A DNA stretch of 64,000 bases. Source: a bacterium. Its GTDB lineage: Bacteria > Armatimonadota > Chthonomonadetes > Chthonomonadales > JAMCWF01. The notes beneath the pieces are model-generated. The model was not told where the DNA came from. It worked only from the letters and a program-made list of their open reading frames with translations, and ran no database searches. Position numbers and translations under genes: made by a program. Each line of letters starts with the position of its first letter. Position 1 is the stretch's first letter. Positions 43,716 through 53,961 of this stretch are shown in pieces. Location of the stretch: the NCBI GenBank assembly GCA_021842405.1, contig JAKBZR010000003.1, forward strand, positions 6,496-70,495, written 5' to 3'.

Positions 43716-45621
43716 TAAACTGATAGACCGGCACATGCAGCAGCACCGCGCCGGCTGACCAGATCGTTTGCGCCAGAATATCCCCCACTATCAGGCCGAT
43801 CACCAGTGGAATCGAGCGCCGGTAAAGGTCCATTCCACCGTAACGCATGACCAGCGATTTCAAGACCCAAGCAATGAAATAGTGCATCCAAAACGACAGG
43901 CCGGTGCCGGTGTGCGCCAGCACGTACCCAATCGGGTGAAACGGCCACCAGAGAAACCGCTGCCGGAGCGCGCCCAGCGCCAATGTGATCAGTGCGCCGA
44001 TGATGATCCACGGAATTCCGACTCGGTCCCAGTGGCTTGGCGAACTGGTCCACCGGGTTGAGATGCTGGTAACCAGTTGCTGCCAGTAAGATACGCCACC
44101 ATAAACCTTACCGCTCTGCATTCCCAGGCGATATTCCAGCCAAAGCACCGCCACCAACCCAGTAGCGATTCCGAGCACCGTTGCCACAGCAATCGCGACC
44201 GCCATCCGCGACTTTGATATGCCCGCCGAATCGGCGATTTTCAGCGATTCCAGGTGAAATGGCATCGGCAGGAAGCGCATATCGGCCGTCATCCACTGCA
44301 TGGTGCTTAGATTGGAGAGCTCGCGAATGGAGTAGCTCGCGGAGCCGGTTACATTCACCAGGTTCCCCGACAGGCCGCCGAAAGGTCCGAACGCCCAGGC
44401 CGGACCCGCCTCCGCTCGAATACGGGTCAAAGCGGTGGCGAAGAGCAACAATAACACTACGACCACCATCGCCAGCGGAAAAGAGAGCCCCATCATCATT
44501 AAAAATACCACCACAAAGAGCACCGAAACGACCAGCATTGCCAGCGATCCACGCTCGAGGCCGTCCAGCGGGTTAGATATGCGATTGCGGAGCTTGGGCC
44601 AAGCGCGGATTAGAGGAATCAGCGCAAACGCCAGAAAAGCGCCCAGCGTCTGCTGCTGAGAGAATGGCGCCTGAGAAGTATAAGATCCCGGCCAGGCCGC
44701 TTCACCGCCCAGAGCAACGGTCGCCACCTGAATGAGGCGGTCGAGCAGGCCGAAAAAGAAGACCGAAAACGAGATGTCGGCCGGCACCAGGTAGGCGAAC
44801 CCTATAATGAACGGCGTGAACCCGATGTAAAACGGTGCCAGCGCATTCCAGGGTGCGTTGGGGTAGAGGTAGCCGTAATCCACGTGTTTAAGTTGAATGG
44901 CGGGGACGGAGGGGTAGTAGAAGTTCAGCGCGAGCAAGCTCTCCAGCACAACCGGCACCGTGAATCCAATCCAAAAAAGGCGGTTACTGAAAAGAGGGTT
45001 GCGCTCGGAGGTCATCTCCAGCGGCAACTGCGCGATTGGGAAGGTCAACCGCTCGTCGCGGATCCAGATTCGGCTGAGCAAAAGCGACAGCGCCAGCATC
45101 GCGAAGGCGCAACCCGCCATCAGTGATCCCCAAGCCAGCATCGGAATGATCCAGTCATGCCAGGGTACCGATGCCTGGCCCACAAACAGCCCGCGCAAGA
45201 CACGGTGCGATCGCGGAACCAGCCAAGTGGGTATGTAGACGTTAAAATGCGTCCAGTTGTTGGATGAATTGGCGCCGTAAAACTGGGTCGCGATGGCCGG
45301 ATACATTGCCTGAATTGCACCATAACCAACCAGGCAGGAAGATGCGGCTAGCATGGCGTACATAATGAGCAGGGTTCGTCGGGTGACCGCGCTGGGGATG
45401 AACTTGCGGAGCAACAGTAATACGGAGAGCAAAAAGATGCCCGGCATTACGACCGACCACGAGCTGATGAAAACCTTGCCTGGCACTTCCGAGAAGATGA
45501 TCCACATGATCACCAGTATCTCGCAAACCGCTCCAAACAGCAGGGCGCGCATTCCGAATCGCCCCAGCCAGTTTTCAATCGAGCGACTTTTTGGAGTGAC
45601 CGGCTTTTTGGTGGAAATCAA
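43708..45621 (-). CDS. Large polytopic membrane protein (about 14 TM helices) of unknown function
   Basis: The 637-aa ORF is dominated by hydrophobic helices and has no catalytic motif I recognise. Its 3' end overlaps the HAD gene by 8 nt. It is divergent from the GH5-like gene with a 62-nt gap. Confidence 0.5.
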   Translation of the reverse strand: MISTKKPVTPKSRSIENWLGRFGMRALLFGAVCEILVIMWIIFSEVPGKVFISSWSVVMPGIFLLSVLLLLRKFIPSAVTRRTLLIMYAMLAASSCLVGYGAIQAMYPAIATQFYGANSSNNWTHFNVYIPTWLVPRSHRVLRGLFVGQASVPWHDWIIPMLAWGSLMAGCAFAMLALSLLLSRIWIRDERLTFPIAQLPLEMTSERNPLFSNRLFWIGFTVPVVLESLLALNFYYPSVPAIQLKHVDYGYLYPNAPWNALAPFYIGFTPFIIGFAYLVPADISFSVFFFGLLDRLIQVATVALGGEAAWPGSYTSQAPFSQQQTLGAFLAFALIPLIRAWPKLRNRISNPLDGLERGSLAMLVVSVLFVVVFLMMMGLSFPLAMVVVVLLLLFATALTRIRAEAGPAWAFGPFGGLSGNLVNVTGSASYSIRELSNLSTMQWMTADMRFLPMPFHLESLKIADSAGISKSRMAVAIAVATVLGIATGLVAVLWLEYRLGMQSGKVYGGVSYWQQLVTSISTRWTSSPSHWDRVGIPWIIIGALITLALGALRQRFLWWPFHPIGYVLAHTGTGLSFWMHYFIAWVLKSLVMRYGGMDLYRRSIPLVIGLIVGDILAQTIWSAGAVLLHVPVYQFIS

Positions 45622-45683
45622 TCAGACTGCCTCCTCGCTGTTTGGATGGAGGCATTATATCCTTTTAAGGGAACCGACGCAAA

Positions 45684-48600
45684 ATGAATAGGTGGGTCGC
45701 CGCTTTAAATCGTTCCGTTATCGTTCGAGTGATGGCGCTATTGCTTTTGATATCCGGCCTGGCGCCCAAATCCGCCGCGGAGGAGCCAACGAAAATGTTA
45801 TCGTTAACGGAATGGCAACCTCGACATGATGGAGGAAACCCTCCACAATTTAAAATAATTGAACACAACGGTGAGCCTACCGGTTTGTCGGTGGAGTACA
45901 GTAACCACCCTCCTTATTGGGGGAATTTACAGACCAGCGTGGCCATTTCACCCAACACAACCGGCTTTTCGCTCACCATTGATAAGCGATCCGCCTCATC
46001 CGGCGCTCAATTGACGCTCGGTTTGGAGGAGCCGGACGGTGATGTGTGGTTCGGCGAGATTCTCTACAAGGGTAAATCATTTGGTTACTGGCCGAACGGA
46101 CCAGTCACTGCCGAAGTGCCAATCAGCTCATTTAAATATGAGCCACGCGGCAATAGCAAAAGGCAGCTTCCCGATGCCAAGCGGCTGATTTTGGTCTGCA
46201 ACTACGGCGATTCCTCGTTTGTGCTGGAACGGCTGGCGATATTAACCCTTCCATCCAGCGGCGCCGCTAGACCGGTAGAGCGATCGGTTAATATTGTTCG
46301 AGGATCAAAAGGTACCGTGGCGCTGTTGGACGATGAGTTACCGGAAAATCCGGCTGCGGCTGACATCTCAATCTTAGCGGGCGAATTGGAAAAAGCGGGT
46401 TACGGGGTGAATCGACTCAATGGCGCCGATGTGATGGATCCAAAAATATTAAACCGCCACCATTTCGATATCCTGGTGCTGCCCAACAGCCCCTATTATC
46501 CGCTGGCCGGCCGCGACACCCTATTGAAATATTTAAAATCGGGCGGCAAGCTGCTCTGTTTCGGCGGCTATGCCTTTGATCATCCGGTCGTTTTCGATAA
46601 CGGACGTTGGGTGCCGGCCGACATCGCCACCACCGCCGAAATGATGGATGAGCCCTCTCGGACCGCGTCCATCAATACGCGCTATGGTATTCCGGGCGAC
46701 ACGATGGGTCTTTCACCGGACCAGATCGGACTGTTTGACCCGGCCTGCCGTTATCAGAGCGCCCAAATCGTCTCCGTGCTCGGTAAAAAGCTGAAAAAAG
46801 GGGATTCGCGGCCGCTGGATGGTTACAGCGCCGTCAGCGTAATCGGAAATGACAACCCGGTCTATTTACGGGTTTGGTCGCACACCACTCCGCTGGTGGA
46901 GGCGAAAACGGCCACCGGATTAACGCCGATTGCCTCGCTGGCGCGTATCTACGACGGACCGTTTAGCGGCTCCGCCTGGGCCTTCTTTGGGTGCACCAAC
47001 ACCGACATTCTGGAAAACCCGGCCGTTCGCTCATCAATTCCGGAAATTTTACGCAGTTTGACGGACGGCATCGTAATTCACGATTTGGCCGTTCATTACG
47101 ATTTCTATCAGCCGGATGAGCAGCCGGTTGCCACCTTATGGCTCGGCAATTACAACGCTGAAGCGCGGTCGATTCGGCTTGTGCTCAATATAACCTTTCG
47201 GAATCTAGCCGGGCGGTCGGTAACTCACTTCATTCGCCAAACGATCACGATCAAACCGGACACCAGCCGCCATCTGAGCTGGAAGCCGAATATCGCAGGG
47301 GTTGCGCCCGGTTCGTTTTGCCGGTTGACCGCGAAGGCGTTCTCAGCCGGCGGCGTGGAATGTGACGCTGAATCGGGGGGATTTGTCATCTCCGATACGG
47401 CGGAAGAACGGGCGAAATGGCCTCGCTTCACTTTTCACGACAACCATTTTTCCATCAACGGTCATCCGGAGTTCTTAGTGGGCACCAATTTAACCGGTGC
47501 CGTGTTTGCACCGGGCGACAACGAGAATCCGCTCACCTGGGAGCATGACTTTGCCGATATGGAGGCGCATGGGATCCGGATAGTGCGGGTATTGCATTTC
47601 TCGCCGTTCGTTACTTGGCTGAAAAACGGCCGTACCGCTACCGCCACTGACCTTGCCGATCCGTTGCCGCGCCGCCTGATGAGCAAGTTGGATGCGCTCA
47701 TCCAGATCGCTGCCCACCACGGCATCGCCATCTTTCTCAGCCTGCATGACTGGATTCCGGTCACCCTATCCGATGCAGAACTGCGGGACGAGCAGATGTT
47801 CGTCGAACGGGTTGCGCACCGCTATCGGGATGCCGGCAATATAATTTTCGACATTCAAAATGAACCTTCGGTGGATTGGAGCACCAGCTCCGATATCGAG
47901 CGTCTCTGGAACAGCTACCTCCGCGACAAATACCGTACCGATGAAGAGTTAAGGCAGGCTTGGTCCATCTCCCCGCCTCGTCACTCGCTCGGCTCCATCC
48001 AATGGCGGCCGGGAACCGACCAGTGGGCCGATATGCGAACGTGGGACGCCAACCATTTCAAAACGGTATTGCTGAATCGCTGGATCGCCGCAAACGTGGA
48101 GGCAATCCGCAGAGGCGGCTCAAATGCGCCGATCACGGTCGGATTTTTACCGTTTTTATCGGCGGCCGATAAGATTCTGGGGCAGCGCGATCTCGATTTT
48201 AGTAATATGCACTATTACGGATCTCCCTCCGGATTGGCGCCCGAGTTCGCGCTGACGGATCGCCGTTTCGAGGGCAAGGGATTGAGCATCGGTGAGTTCG
48301 GCGCCCAAAACGAGCATACCCAACGGGTGGACGGCCAGGATGTCACCGCCAATGATGCCCCCTGGTTTATGCAACTGGGGCTGACCGCCTACGGAATGGG
48401 CGCCTCCTTTATTGAAAACTGGTGCTGGAAGGATATGGACGGCGTGGTTTTTCCATGGGGTGTGGTAGGGCGCGACGGCCGCCCCAAACCGACTCTTTTC
48501 GCTCTGCAACGGATTGCCAAAATCGGCCGGGATATGGGGCCGAACATCGAGCGGCCTCAAGTTTACCTCCTCATTCCCGATTACAACCGGCAGGGCGCGC

Positions 48601-49307
48601 AATCGGACGTGATCATCAACGCTTTGCACCACGCGGTGAGGATGTTGATCGGCGCCCACGTGCCGTTCGGGGTGATCAACGAGAACAGCCTGGTGCGACT
48701 ACCGGCCGATGCCCGCGTGCTGATCTGGCCGATACCCTTTTGCCCCAGCACGGTGGTATTTCAGCGGGTGATGAATTTCGTCCGCAACGGCGGCACGCTT
48801 TACGTTTCCGGCGATCTCTCTTACGATTCTCTTCGCCGGCACGACCGTCTGACGCGCTTGACCGAGTTGTGCGGTGTCCGATTTGAGAAACTGATCGCTC
48901 CCAACATCGAGGTCAAGGAGACGGTGCCCGGTGCTCTCCTCAATTCGCCCTGCATTGCGGTGCAGCCGGTCAGTGCCGAAAAGCGGTTTTTGCCCGAAAT
49001 CGGAACCGTCTACACCAATGTGGTGGGGAAAGGCAAGGTCTTTTACACGTCCGACCCCATTGAAATCCATTCGACCGATCCGCGGCTTTACCAAGCGTTC
49101 CTAAAATTCGCCGGCATCCATCCGATTGAAATGCAGCCCGATGATCCCCAAGTGGAGGTTTATGCCGTTCACACAATGAGCGGGAAGAAGGGGTTTACCG
49201 TGATCAATGGCTCCACCGCAAAGGTTACGATTACGCTGCCCGGTATGAACCGCAGTACATCGGTGACGCTGGAGCCAGGGGCATCTCGGCTGGTTATTAT
49301 AAACTAA
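45684..49307 (+). CDS. Secreted multidomain glycoside hydrolase, clan GH-A (GH5-like), with N-terminal CBM-like and GATase1/ThuA-like domains
   Basis: The signal peptide is MALLLLISGLAPKSAAEE. IIFDIQNEPS carries the NEP acid/base motif. LSIGEFG holds a candidate nucleophile Glu. The segment HFDILVLPNSPYYPLAGRDTLLKYLKSGGKLLCFGGYAF is ThuA-like. Confidence 0.6.
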   Translation: MNRWVAALNRSVIVRVMALLLLISGLAPKSAAEEPTKMLSLTEWQPRHDGGNPPQFKIIEHNGEPTGLSVEYSNHPPYWGNLQTSVAISPNTTGFSLTIDKRSASSGAQLTLGLEEPDGDVWFGEILYKGKSFGYWPNGPVTAEVPISSFKYEPRGNSKRQLPDAKRLILVCNYGDSSFVLERLAILTLPSSGAARPVERSVNIVRGSKGTVALLDDELPENPAAADISILAGELEKAGYGVNRLNGADVMDPKILNRHHFDILVLPNSPYYPLAGRDTLLKYLKSGGKLLCFGGYAFDHPVVFDNGRWVPADIATTAEMMDEPSRTASINTRYGIPGDTMGLSPDQIGLFDPACRYQSAQIVSVLGKKLKKGDSRPLDGYSAVSVIGNDNPVYLRVWSHTTPLVEAKTATGLTPIASLARIYDGPFSGSAWAFFGCTNTDILENPAVRSSIPEILRSLTDGIVIHDLAVHYDFYQPDEQPVATLWLGNYNAEARSIRLVLNITFRNLAGRSVTHFIRQTITIKPDTSRHLSWKPNIAGVAPGSFCRLTAKAFSAGGVECDAESGGFVISDTAEERAKWPRFTFHDNHFSINGHPEFLVGTNLTGAVFAPGDNENPLTWEHDFADMEAHGIRIVRVLHFSPFVTWLKNGRTATATDLADPLPRRLMSKLDALIQIAAHHGIAIFLSLHDWIPVTLSDAELRDEQMFVERVAHRYRDAGNIIFDIQNEPSVDWSTSSDIERLWNSYLRDKYRTDEELRQAWSISPPRHSLGSIQWRPGTDQWADMRTWDANHFKTVLLNRWIAANVEAIRRGGSNAPITVGFLPFLSAADKILGQRDLDFSNMHYYGSPSGLAPEFALTDRRFEGKGLSIGEFGAQNEHTQRVDGQDVTANDAPWFMQLGLTAYGMGASFIENWCWKDMDGVVFPWGVVGRDGRPKPTLFALQRIAKIGRDMGPNIERPQVYLLIPDYNRQGAQSDVIINALHHAVRMLIGAHVPFGVINENSLVRLPADARVLIWPIPFCPSTVVFQRVMNFVRNGGTLYVSGDLSYDSLRRHDRLTRLTELCGVRFEKLIAPNIEVKETVPGALLNSPCIAVQPVSAEKRFLPEIGTVYTNVVGKGKVFYTSDPIEIHSTDPRLYQAFLKFAGIHPIEMQPDDPQVEVYAVHTMSGKKGFTVINGSTAKVTITLPGMNRSTSVTLEPGASRLVIIN

Positions 49308-49473
49308 ATCGGGTTGCCGGAGCGTGCATCCCCTTTAATTGCGTTGCAGTCGTTGACGATTGGCTGCCCGGCGAGGTAAACTCCGGCTAACAGCGTCGAA
49401 CCTCGTAATTAGGCATCAATTTTCCCCGCGATGCGTAGCGAGTGTCCCCGACCGAATTTTTGGAGGATGAAGA

Positions 49474-50490
49474 ATGCCAGTAAAAGTCGGCATCAACGGG
49501 TTTGGGCGTATCGGAAGGCTCAGCCTGCGCACGATGCTTGAGTACTACCCCAACGAGATCGAGGTCGTCGCGATCAACGATCTCACCAGCGCGGAGATGA
49601 ACGCGCTCCTTTTTAAGCACGATACCAACTACGGCACTTTCAAGGGGGATGTGAAGGTAGAGGGTAACGATCTGGTCATCAACGGCCGCAAAATCGTTGT
49701 GCACGCGCAGAAGGATCCCGCCGCCATACCCTGGGCCGATCAGGGCGCTCAGATCGTATTGGAATCGACCGGCCTGTTTACCGATGCGGAGAAGGCAAAG
49801 GCTCACTTGAGCGCCGCAACCGTGAAGAAAGTCATTATCTCGGCACCGGCAAAGGGCGAGGATGCTACCATCGTGCTGGGCGTCAATGAAGAGACTTACA
49901 ACCCAGCCAAGCACCATATCATCTCGAACGCATCCTGCACCACGAACTGCCTGGCTCCGGTCGCCAAAGTGCTGGTAGATACCTTCGGTGTCACCTCCGG
50001 CGTGATGACAACCGTCCACTCCGCCACCAACGATCAGAGGGTGGCCGACCAGGTTCATAAGGACCCCCGTCGTGCAAGGGCGGCCGACCATAACATCATT
50101 CCAACCTCGACCGGCGCCGCAAAGGCGATCGGGGTTGTGATTCCGGAGCTGCAAGGCAAAATGCACGGGATTGCGCTGCGGGTGCCGACCGCCACCGTTT
50201 CGCTGGTAGACCTGGTTGTCAATACGGTAAAGCCGGTCTCGAAAGAGGCGGCGAACGATGCTTTTCGCGCCGCCGCTGGCGGGCGGATGAAAAAGTATCT
50301 CGAAGTGGTGGAGGAGCCGCTGGTATCCAGCGACTTCATCGGTAACCCGGCCTCTTCGCTGGTCGACTCGGCTGAAACCCTGGTTATGGGCGAAAACATG
50401 CTGAAAGTCCTCTCCTGGTACGACAACGAGTGGGGCTATTCGGTTCGGATTGCTGACTTGATCCACTACATCGCCCAGCGCGGCCTATAG
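49474..50490 (+). CDS. gap: Type I glyceraldehyde-3-phosphate dehydrogenase
   Basis: The motifs [11 protein letters not shown] and [12 protein letters not shown] (catalytic Cys) are present, and WYDNEWGYS lies near the C-terminus. Confidence 0.95.
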   Translation: MPVKVGINGFGRIGRLSLRTMLEYYPNEIEVVAINDLTSAEMNALLFKHDTNYGTFKGDVKVEGNDLVINGRKIVVHAQKDPAAIPWADQGAQIVLESTGLFTDAEKAKAHLSAATVKKVIISAPAKGEDATIVLGVNEETYNPAKHHIISNASCTTNCLAPVAKVLVDTFGVTSGVMTTVHSATNDQRVADQVHKDPRRARAADHNIIPTSTGAAKAIGVVIPELQGKMHGIALRVPTATVSLVDLVVNTVKPVSKEAANDAFRAAAGGRMKKYLEVVEEPLVSSDFIGNPASSLVDSAETLVMGENMLKVLSWYDNEWGYSVRIADLIHYIAQRGL

Positions 50491-50561
50491 ATTGAGATCG
50501 CTGCCGGTGCCGCCACCGATTCGAATGTTGCCGGCACCAAAGCGGCGATGAGGAATTAAAA

Positions 50562-51749
50562 ATGAATAAGAAGACCATTGAAGACATCAAGGTGAAGGGT
50601 CAACCGGTACTGGTGCGGGTGGATTTCAATGTTCCCCAAGATGACACCGGGCGGATCACCGATGACCGCCGCATCCGGGCCGCTCTTCCCACCATCAACT
50701 ACCTGCGAGAGCACGGCGCGCGCGTCATTCTGACCTCTCATCTAGGCCGCCCTAAAGGAGTAACCCCGAAATATACGCTGGCTCCGGTTGCCCGGCATCT
50801 TGCTGAGCTGATCAAATCGCCGGTTCCGCTGCTCCCCGATTGCTTGGGCGAAGAGGTAGAGAGGAAAACGGCCGCCATGCATGACGGCGAGGTGGTGCTG
50901 CTGGAGAATGTGCGATTTCACCCGGAGGAAGAGAAAAACGATCCCGCCTTTGCCGCCGGCCTCGCGAAGCTGGCTAAAATATATGTGAACGACGCCTTCG
51001 GCACCGCACACCGGGCGCACGCCAGCACCGAGGGCGTCGCTCACATTATCCCAGGAGTAGCCGGTTACTTGATGAAAAAAGAGCTGGCCTATCTCGGCGA
51101 CGCGCTTGGCAACCCAAAACGGCCCTTTATCGCGATCCTGGGCGGCGCCAAAGTCAAGGATAAGATCGGAGTCATCGAGCAGTTGATGGGCAAGGTGGAT
51201 CGTCTGATCATCGGTGGTGGAATGGCCTACACCTTTTTTAAAGCTCAGGGCTATGAGATCGGTAAATCGCTGCTGGACGAGACCAGCTTGGATTTCTGTC
51301 GGCAAACTCTTGCTAAAGCCGGAGATAAGCTGTTGCTGCCGGTAGATGTGGTCATCGGGGATGCCAACCCCTTCGACGTGGGACCCGATTCGGTAAAGAG
51401 CCAGGTCGTAACGGCCGAATCCATCCCTTCCGACTGGCAAGGAGTGGATATCGGGCCCGAGACGATCCGGAAGTTCAGCCAGGCGGTGCAGGGAGCTGGT
51501 ACGGTCGTCTGGAATGGACCGATGGGCATCTTTGAGTTCGAGCGCTTTGCGGTCGGAACGCGAGCCATCGCGAAGGCGCTGGCCCAAAGCGGCGCGGTGA
51601 CTATTGTGGGCGGCGGTGATAGCGCGGCCGCGGTGGAGCAATTAGGATTCGCCGAGAAGATGACCCATATCTCAACCGGGGGAGGCGCCTCACTCGAATT
51701 TTTGGAGGGCAAAATTCTGCCGGGCGTGGCAGCGCTGCAGGATCGTTAA
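50562..51749 (+). CDS. pgk: Phosphoglycerate kinase
   Basis: The motifs [18 protein letters not shown] and [11 protein letters not shown] are present. Confidence 0.95.
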   Translation: MNKKTIEDIKVKGQPVLVRVDFNVPQDDTGRITDDRRIRAALPTINYLREHGARVILTSHLGRPKGVTPKYTLAPVARHLAELIKSPVPLLPDCLGEEVERKTAAMHDGEVVLLENVRFHPEEEKNDPAFAAGLAKLAKIYVNDAFGTAHRAHASTEGVAHIIPGVAGYLMKKELAYLGDALGNPKRPFIAILGGAKVKDKIGVIEQLMGKVDRLIIGGGMAYTFFKAQGYEIGKSLLDETSLDFCRQTLAKAGDKLLLPVDVVIGDANPFDVGPDSVKSQVVTAESIPSDWQGVDIGPETIRKFSQAVQGAGTVVWNGPMGIFEFERFAVGTRAIAKALAQSGAVTIVGGGDSAAAVEQLGFAEKMTHISTGGGASLEFLEGKILPGVAALQDR

Positions 51750-51780
51750 TCAGCACACCGTTTCCGGCATCAGATTGGTG

Positions 51781-51814
51781 GGGGCACGGCTTGTCGTGCC
51801 CCTTTGGTTTCTTC
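51781..51814 (+). terminator. Rho-independent terminator: GGGGCACG/CGTGCCCC stem, 6-nt loop, TTTGGTTTCTTC tail
   Basis: Read directly, 32 nt after the pgk stop. It lies between pgk and the convergent radical-SAM gene. Confidence 0.7.
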
Positions 51815-51866
51815 AAATTCAGAGCCGTGCTTTTGTAAACCGGTTGAAAAGGGAAGCCGCCGGCGG

Positions 51867-52676
51867 TCAATAGGTAATCTGACATTCGATGCCGTACCGC
51901 TTCGACCAGTAGGCAACCGCCTCGCGCAGGCCGTTCCAGGTGAGGCGCGGGGTAAATGTGTTTTGCGCTAGATAGCGCTCTCGCAAAGCCGGTGGGATTA
52001 CCCCTAAAAACTCCTGGTAATGGAGCGATCCGCACATCATCCGCCTAACTCCCAGCTTGCCCGCATGCTCGCAGTAGCGGCGGACCGCCCATTCCGTATC
52101 GATGACGCCGGGCAGCAAGGGGCACCAGTTGATGGTAACCGGCACTCTCGCCCTGACCAAGCTCTTTACGAGCGCCTCACGAGAGGGGATGGCGGGGGCG
52201 TGCGGCTCGATGATGCGGCGAGTAGCCTCATCGAAGGTTGGAATGGATACGCTGATTTGAACATCATGCATTCGCTGCAGGATGGCAATGTCCCGTATGA
52301 GCAGCGGGGATCGGGTCATGATCCGCACCGGGTTTGGGTAGTAAGCCAGCTCCTGCAACATCGCCCGGCTGATCCGATATCGCTTTTCGATGGGTTGCCA
52401 GGAGTCCGTGGCGGTGCCGACCAGAATCCGAGCATTCATATCCACGTCGAGCATCTCGCGACGAAGCACATCGGCCGCATTGACCTTCACCTTGACCCAG
52501 CCGCCCCATGGGATCGGGTCATCTTGCCGGTGCCTCATTCTCAAAACGGGCACGTAGCAGTAGGAGCAGCCAAACCCGCAACCTTCATAGGAGTTCAGGG
52601 TGTACTCGGTGAATGATAATTTGCTTCGGTTCAGCAGCGATTTGCACTGGATCTCTTCGATGTGCAGCTCTTTCAT
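51867..52676 (-). CDS. Radical SAM protein (SplB / DNA-repair-photolyase-like family)
   Basis: The CX3CX2C motif appears as EGCGFGCSYCYV near the N-terminus. Size and layout resemble the Elp3/SplB-like radical SAM family. Confidence 0.7.
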   Translation of the reverse strand: MKELHIEEIQCKSLLNRSKLSFTEYTLNSYEGCGFGCSYCYVPVLRMRHRQDDPIPWGGWVKVKVNAADVLRREMLDVDMNARILVGTATDSWQPIEKRYRISRAMLQELAYYPNPVRIMTRSPLLIRDIAILQRMHDVQISVSIPTFDEATRRIIEPHAPAIPSREALVKSLVRARVPVTINWCPLLPGVIDTEWAVRRYCEHAGKLGVRRMMCGSLHYQEFLGVIPPALRERYLAQNTFTPRLTWNGLREAVAYWSKRYGIECQITY

Positions 52677-52690
52677 GCCTTGTAAACACC

Positions 52691-52810
52691 TAAGAAGAGG
52701 TTGAAAAACACGGTGACACCCAACGGATCGTCATTCCGCCTGCCAGTCAGACAGGCGGGAATGACGAAGCGCCAATATCCAGCGACATTTTTAATCATCT
52801 TCTAAATACC
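52691..52810. repeat. Small palindromic element with imperfect inverted ends TAAGAAGAGGTTGAAAAA / TTTTTAATCATCTTCTA and a central hairpin GTCATTCCGCCTG..CAGGCGGGAATGAC
   Basis: Read directly. The hairpin lies at 52730-52765. The right end (52773-52810) is 29/38 identical to 30904-30941. Confidence 0.45.
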
Positions 52811-52916
52811 AACCAATTCGGTTAAACTGGATGTTGGTCAATTATAGCATAAATTAGATATTTGTCTACTATTATCGGTTGTTTTTAACCGATAATTTAA
52901 TAGCTCGCATGGTCGT

Positions 52917-53936
52917 TTGTTGCCATTAGCCTGCGCTTTCAGGGTAATCTTTCCCCTGGAATTTGATTTTACGGAAGGAGCCACCATCCCTTTGGAACCT
53001 CAACGACTGATTCGGAATTTGACGCTCTGCGTCCGCGCTGCCGTGCTTCCCCACCTGGGCGAATGGCGAGCCCGGCGTGTCACCGGCGTGGCGGCCAGCG
53101 GAGATGCCACCTTTCGCATTGATGAGATTGCAGAGGCGGCGGTCGCTGAGTTTCTCGATTCTCAAAACGTAAATGTCGCCTACTATACCGAGGACCGCGG
53201 ATTGATATCCCTGCATTCGGATAAAGAGCCGGAGGCGATTCTGGTGATTGATCCCATTGACGGCACGAGGGCTGCGGTCGCCGGGTTTGAATCCTGCGTG
53301 GTTTCGGTCGCTTGGGCCGACTACCGTCCCGACCCCACCTTCCAGGATGTCCGCTATGCCGGAGTCGCCGAAATAAAGGGCGATCTGCTGTTTACGGCTG
53401 AGCGCGGAAAGGGCTATCGCGTGGAGAGGATCAGCGACGGCTGCGCCGTCCCAGCCCAGCGCTCCGAAGTCACCGATATCCAGCGGATGGCCTGGACCTG
53501 CGGGGTGGTGGCTGCGCCGGCCCAACCGCTCTTTCGGGTGCTGGGTGATCTGGTCAACCGAACAACGGTAAGAGGTGGATTCTTTATCTTGAACAGCAGC
53601 GCTTTCGAGCTGACCCGTCTGGTTAACGGTCAACTCGCCGCACTGGTTGACGTGCGAACCCGCCTGCTACGCGATCACCCAAGCTATCGAGACGCATTTC
53701 TTACTGAGGGTGGGGGGAAGTTGATCAGCTTATACGCCTATGATATTGCAGGGGGCGCATTGATCGCCCAAGAAGCGGGCTGCCGGATTACCGACGGGTG
53801 GGGTAACGAGCTGTCAACCATGAAATTGCTGGAGACCAGTGAGGCTCACCTGAGCTCAATCATCGCTGCCGCGAATGGCGAGCTGCACCAGAAGTTACTT
53901 GAAGCGGTGAACGAAGGGTTTAAGAACCTAAATTAA
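52917..53936 (+). CDS. Inositol monophosphatase / FBPase-family phosphatase
   Basis: The motifs VIDPIDGTRA and YAYDIAGGALIAQEAG are present. The ORF opens at TTG 52917. TTG 52992, 11 nt after GGAAGGAG, is an alternative start. Confidence 0.75.
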   Translation: MLPLACAFRVIFPLEFDFTEGATIPLEPQRLIRNLTLCVRAAVLPHLGEWRARRVTGVAASGDATFRIDEIAEAAVAEFLDSQNVNVAYYTEDRGLISLHSDKEPEAILVIDPIDGTRAAVAGFESCVVSVAWADYRPDPTFQDVRYAGVAEIKGDLLFTAERGKGYRVERISDGCAVPAQRSEVTDIQRMAWTCGVVAAPAQPLFRVLGDLVNRTTVRGGFFILNSSAFELTRLVNGQLAALVDVRTRLLRDHPSYRDAFLTEGGGKLISLYAYDIAGGALIAQEAGCRITDGWGNELSTMKLLETSEAHLSSIIAAANGELHQKLLEAVNEGFKNLN

Positions 53937-53961
53937 AATGATATACCTTCAATTGGAATTC

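Noticed and set aside
49387-50466. A 359-aa ORF on the minus strand.
   Set aside because: It lies entirely antisense to the unambiguous gap gene. Its composition is Arg/Gly/His-rich, typical of shadow ORFs in GC-rich DNA, and it has no recognisable motif.
50742-51641. A 299-aa ORF on the minus strand, plus the 153-aa ORF at 51251-51712.
   Set aside because: Both are antisense shadows of pgk.
51750-51866. Absence of tpiA after gap-pgk, considered as a possible deletion or rearrangement.
   Set aside because: A clean rho-independent terminator follows pgk, and gap-pgk without tpiA is common. This is not evidence of anything unusual.
52020-52616. A 198-aa + strand ORF.
   Set aside because: It is antisense to the radical-SAM gene, which has the clear CX3CX2C motif.
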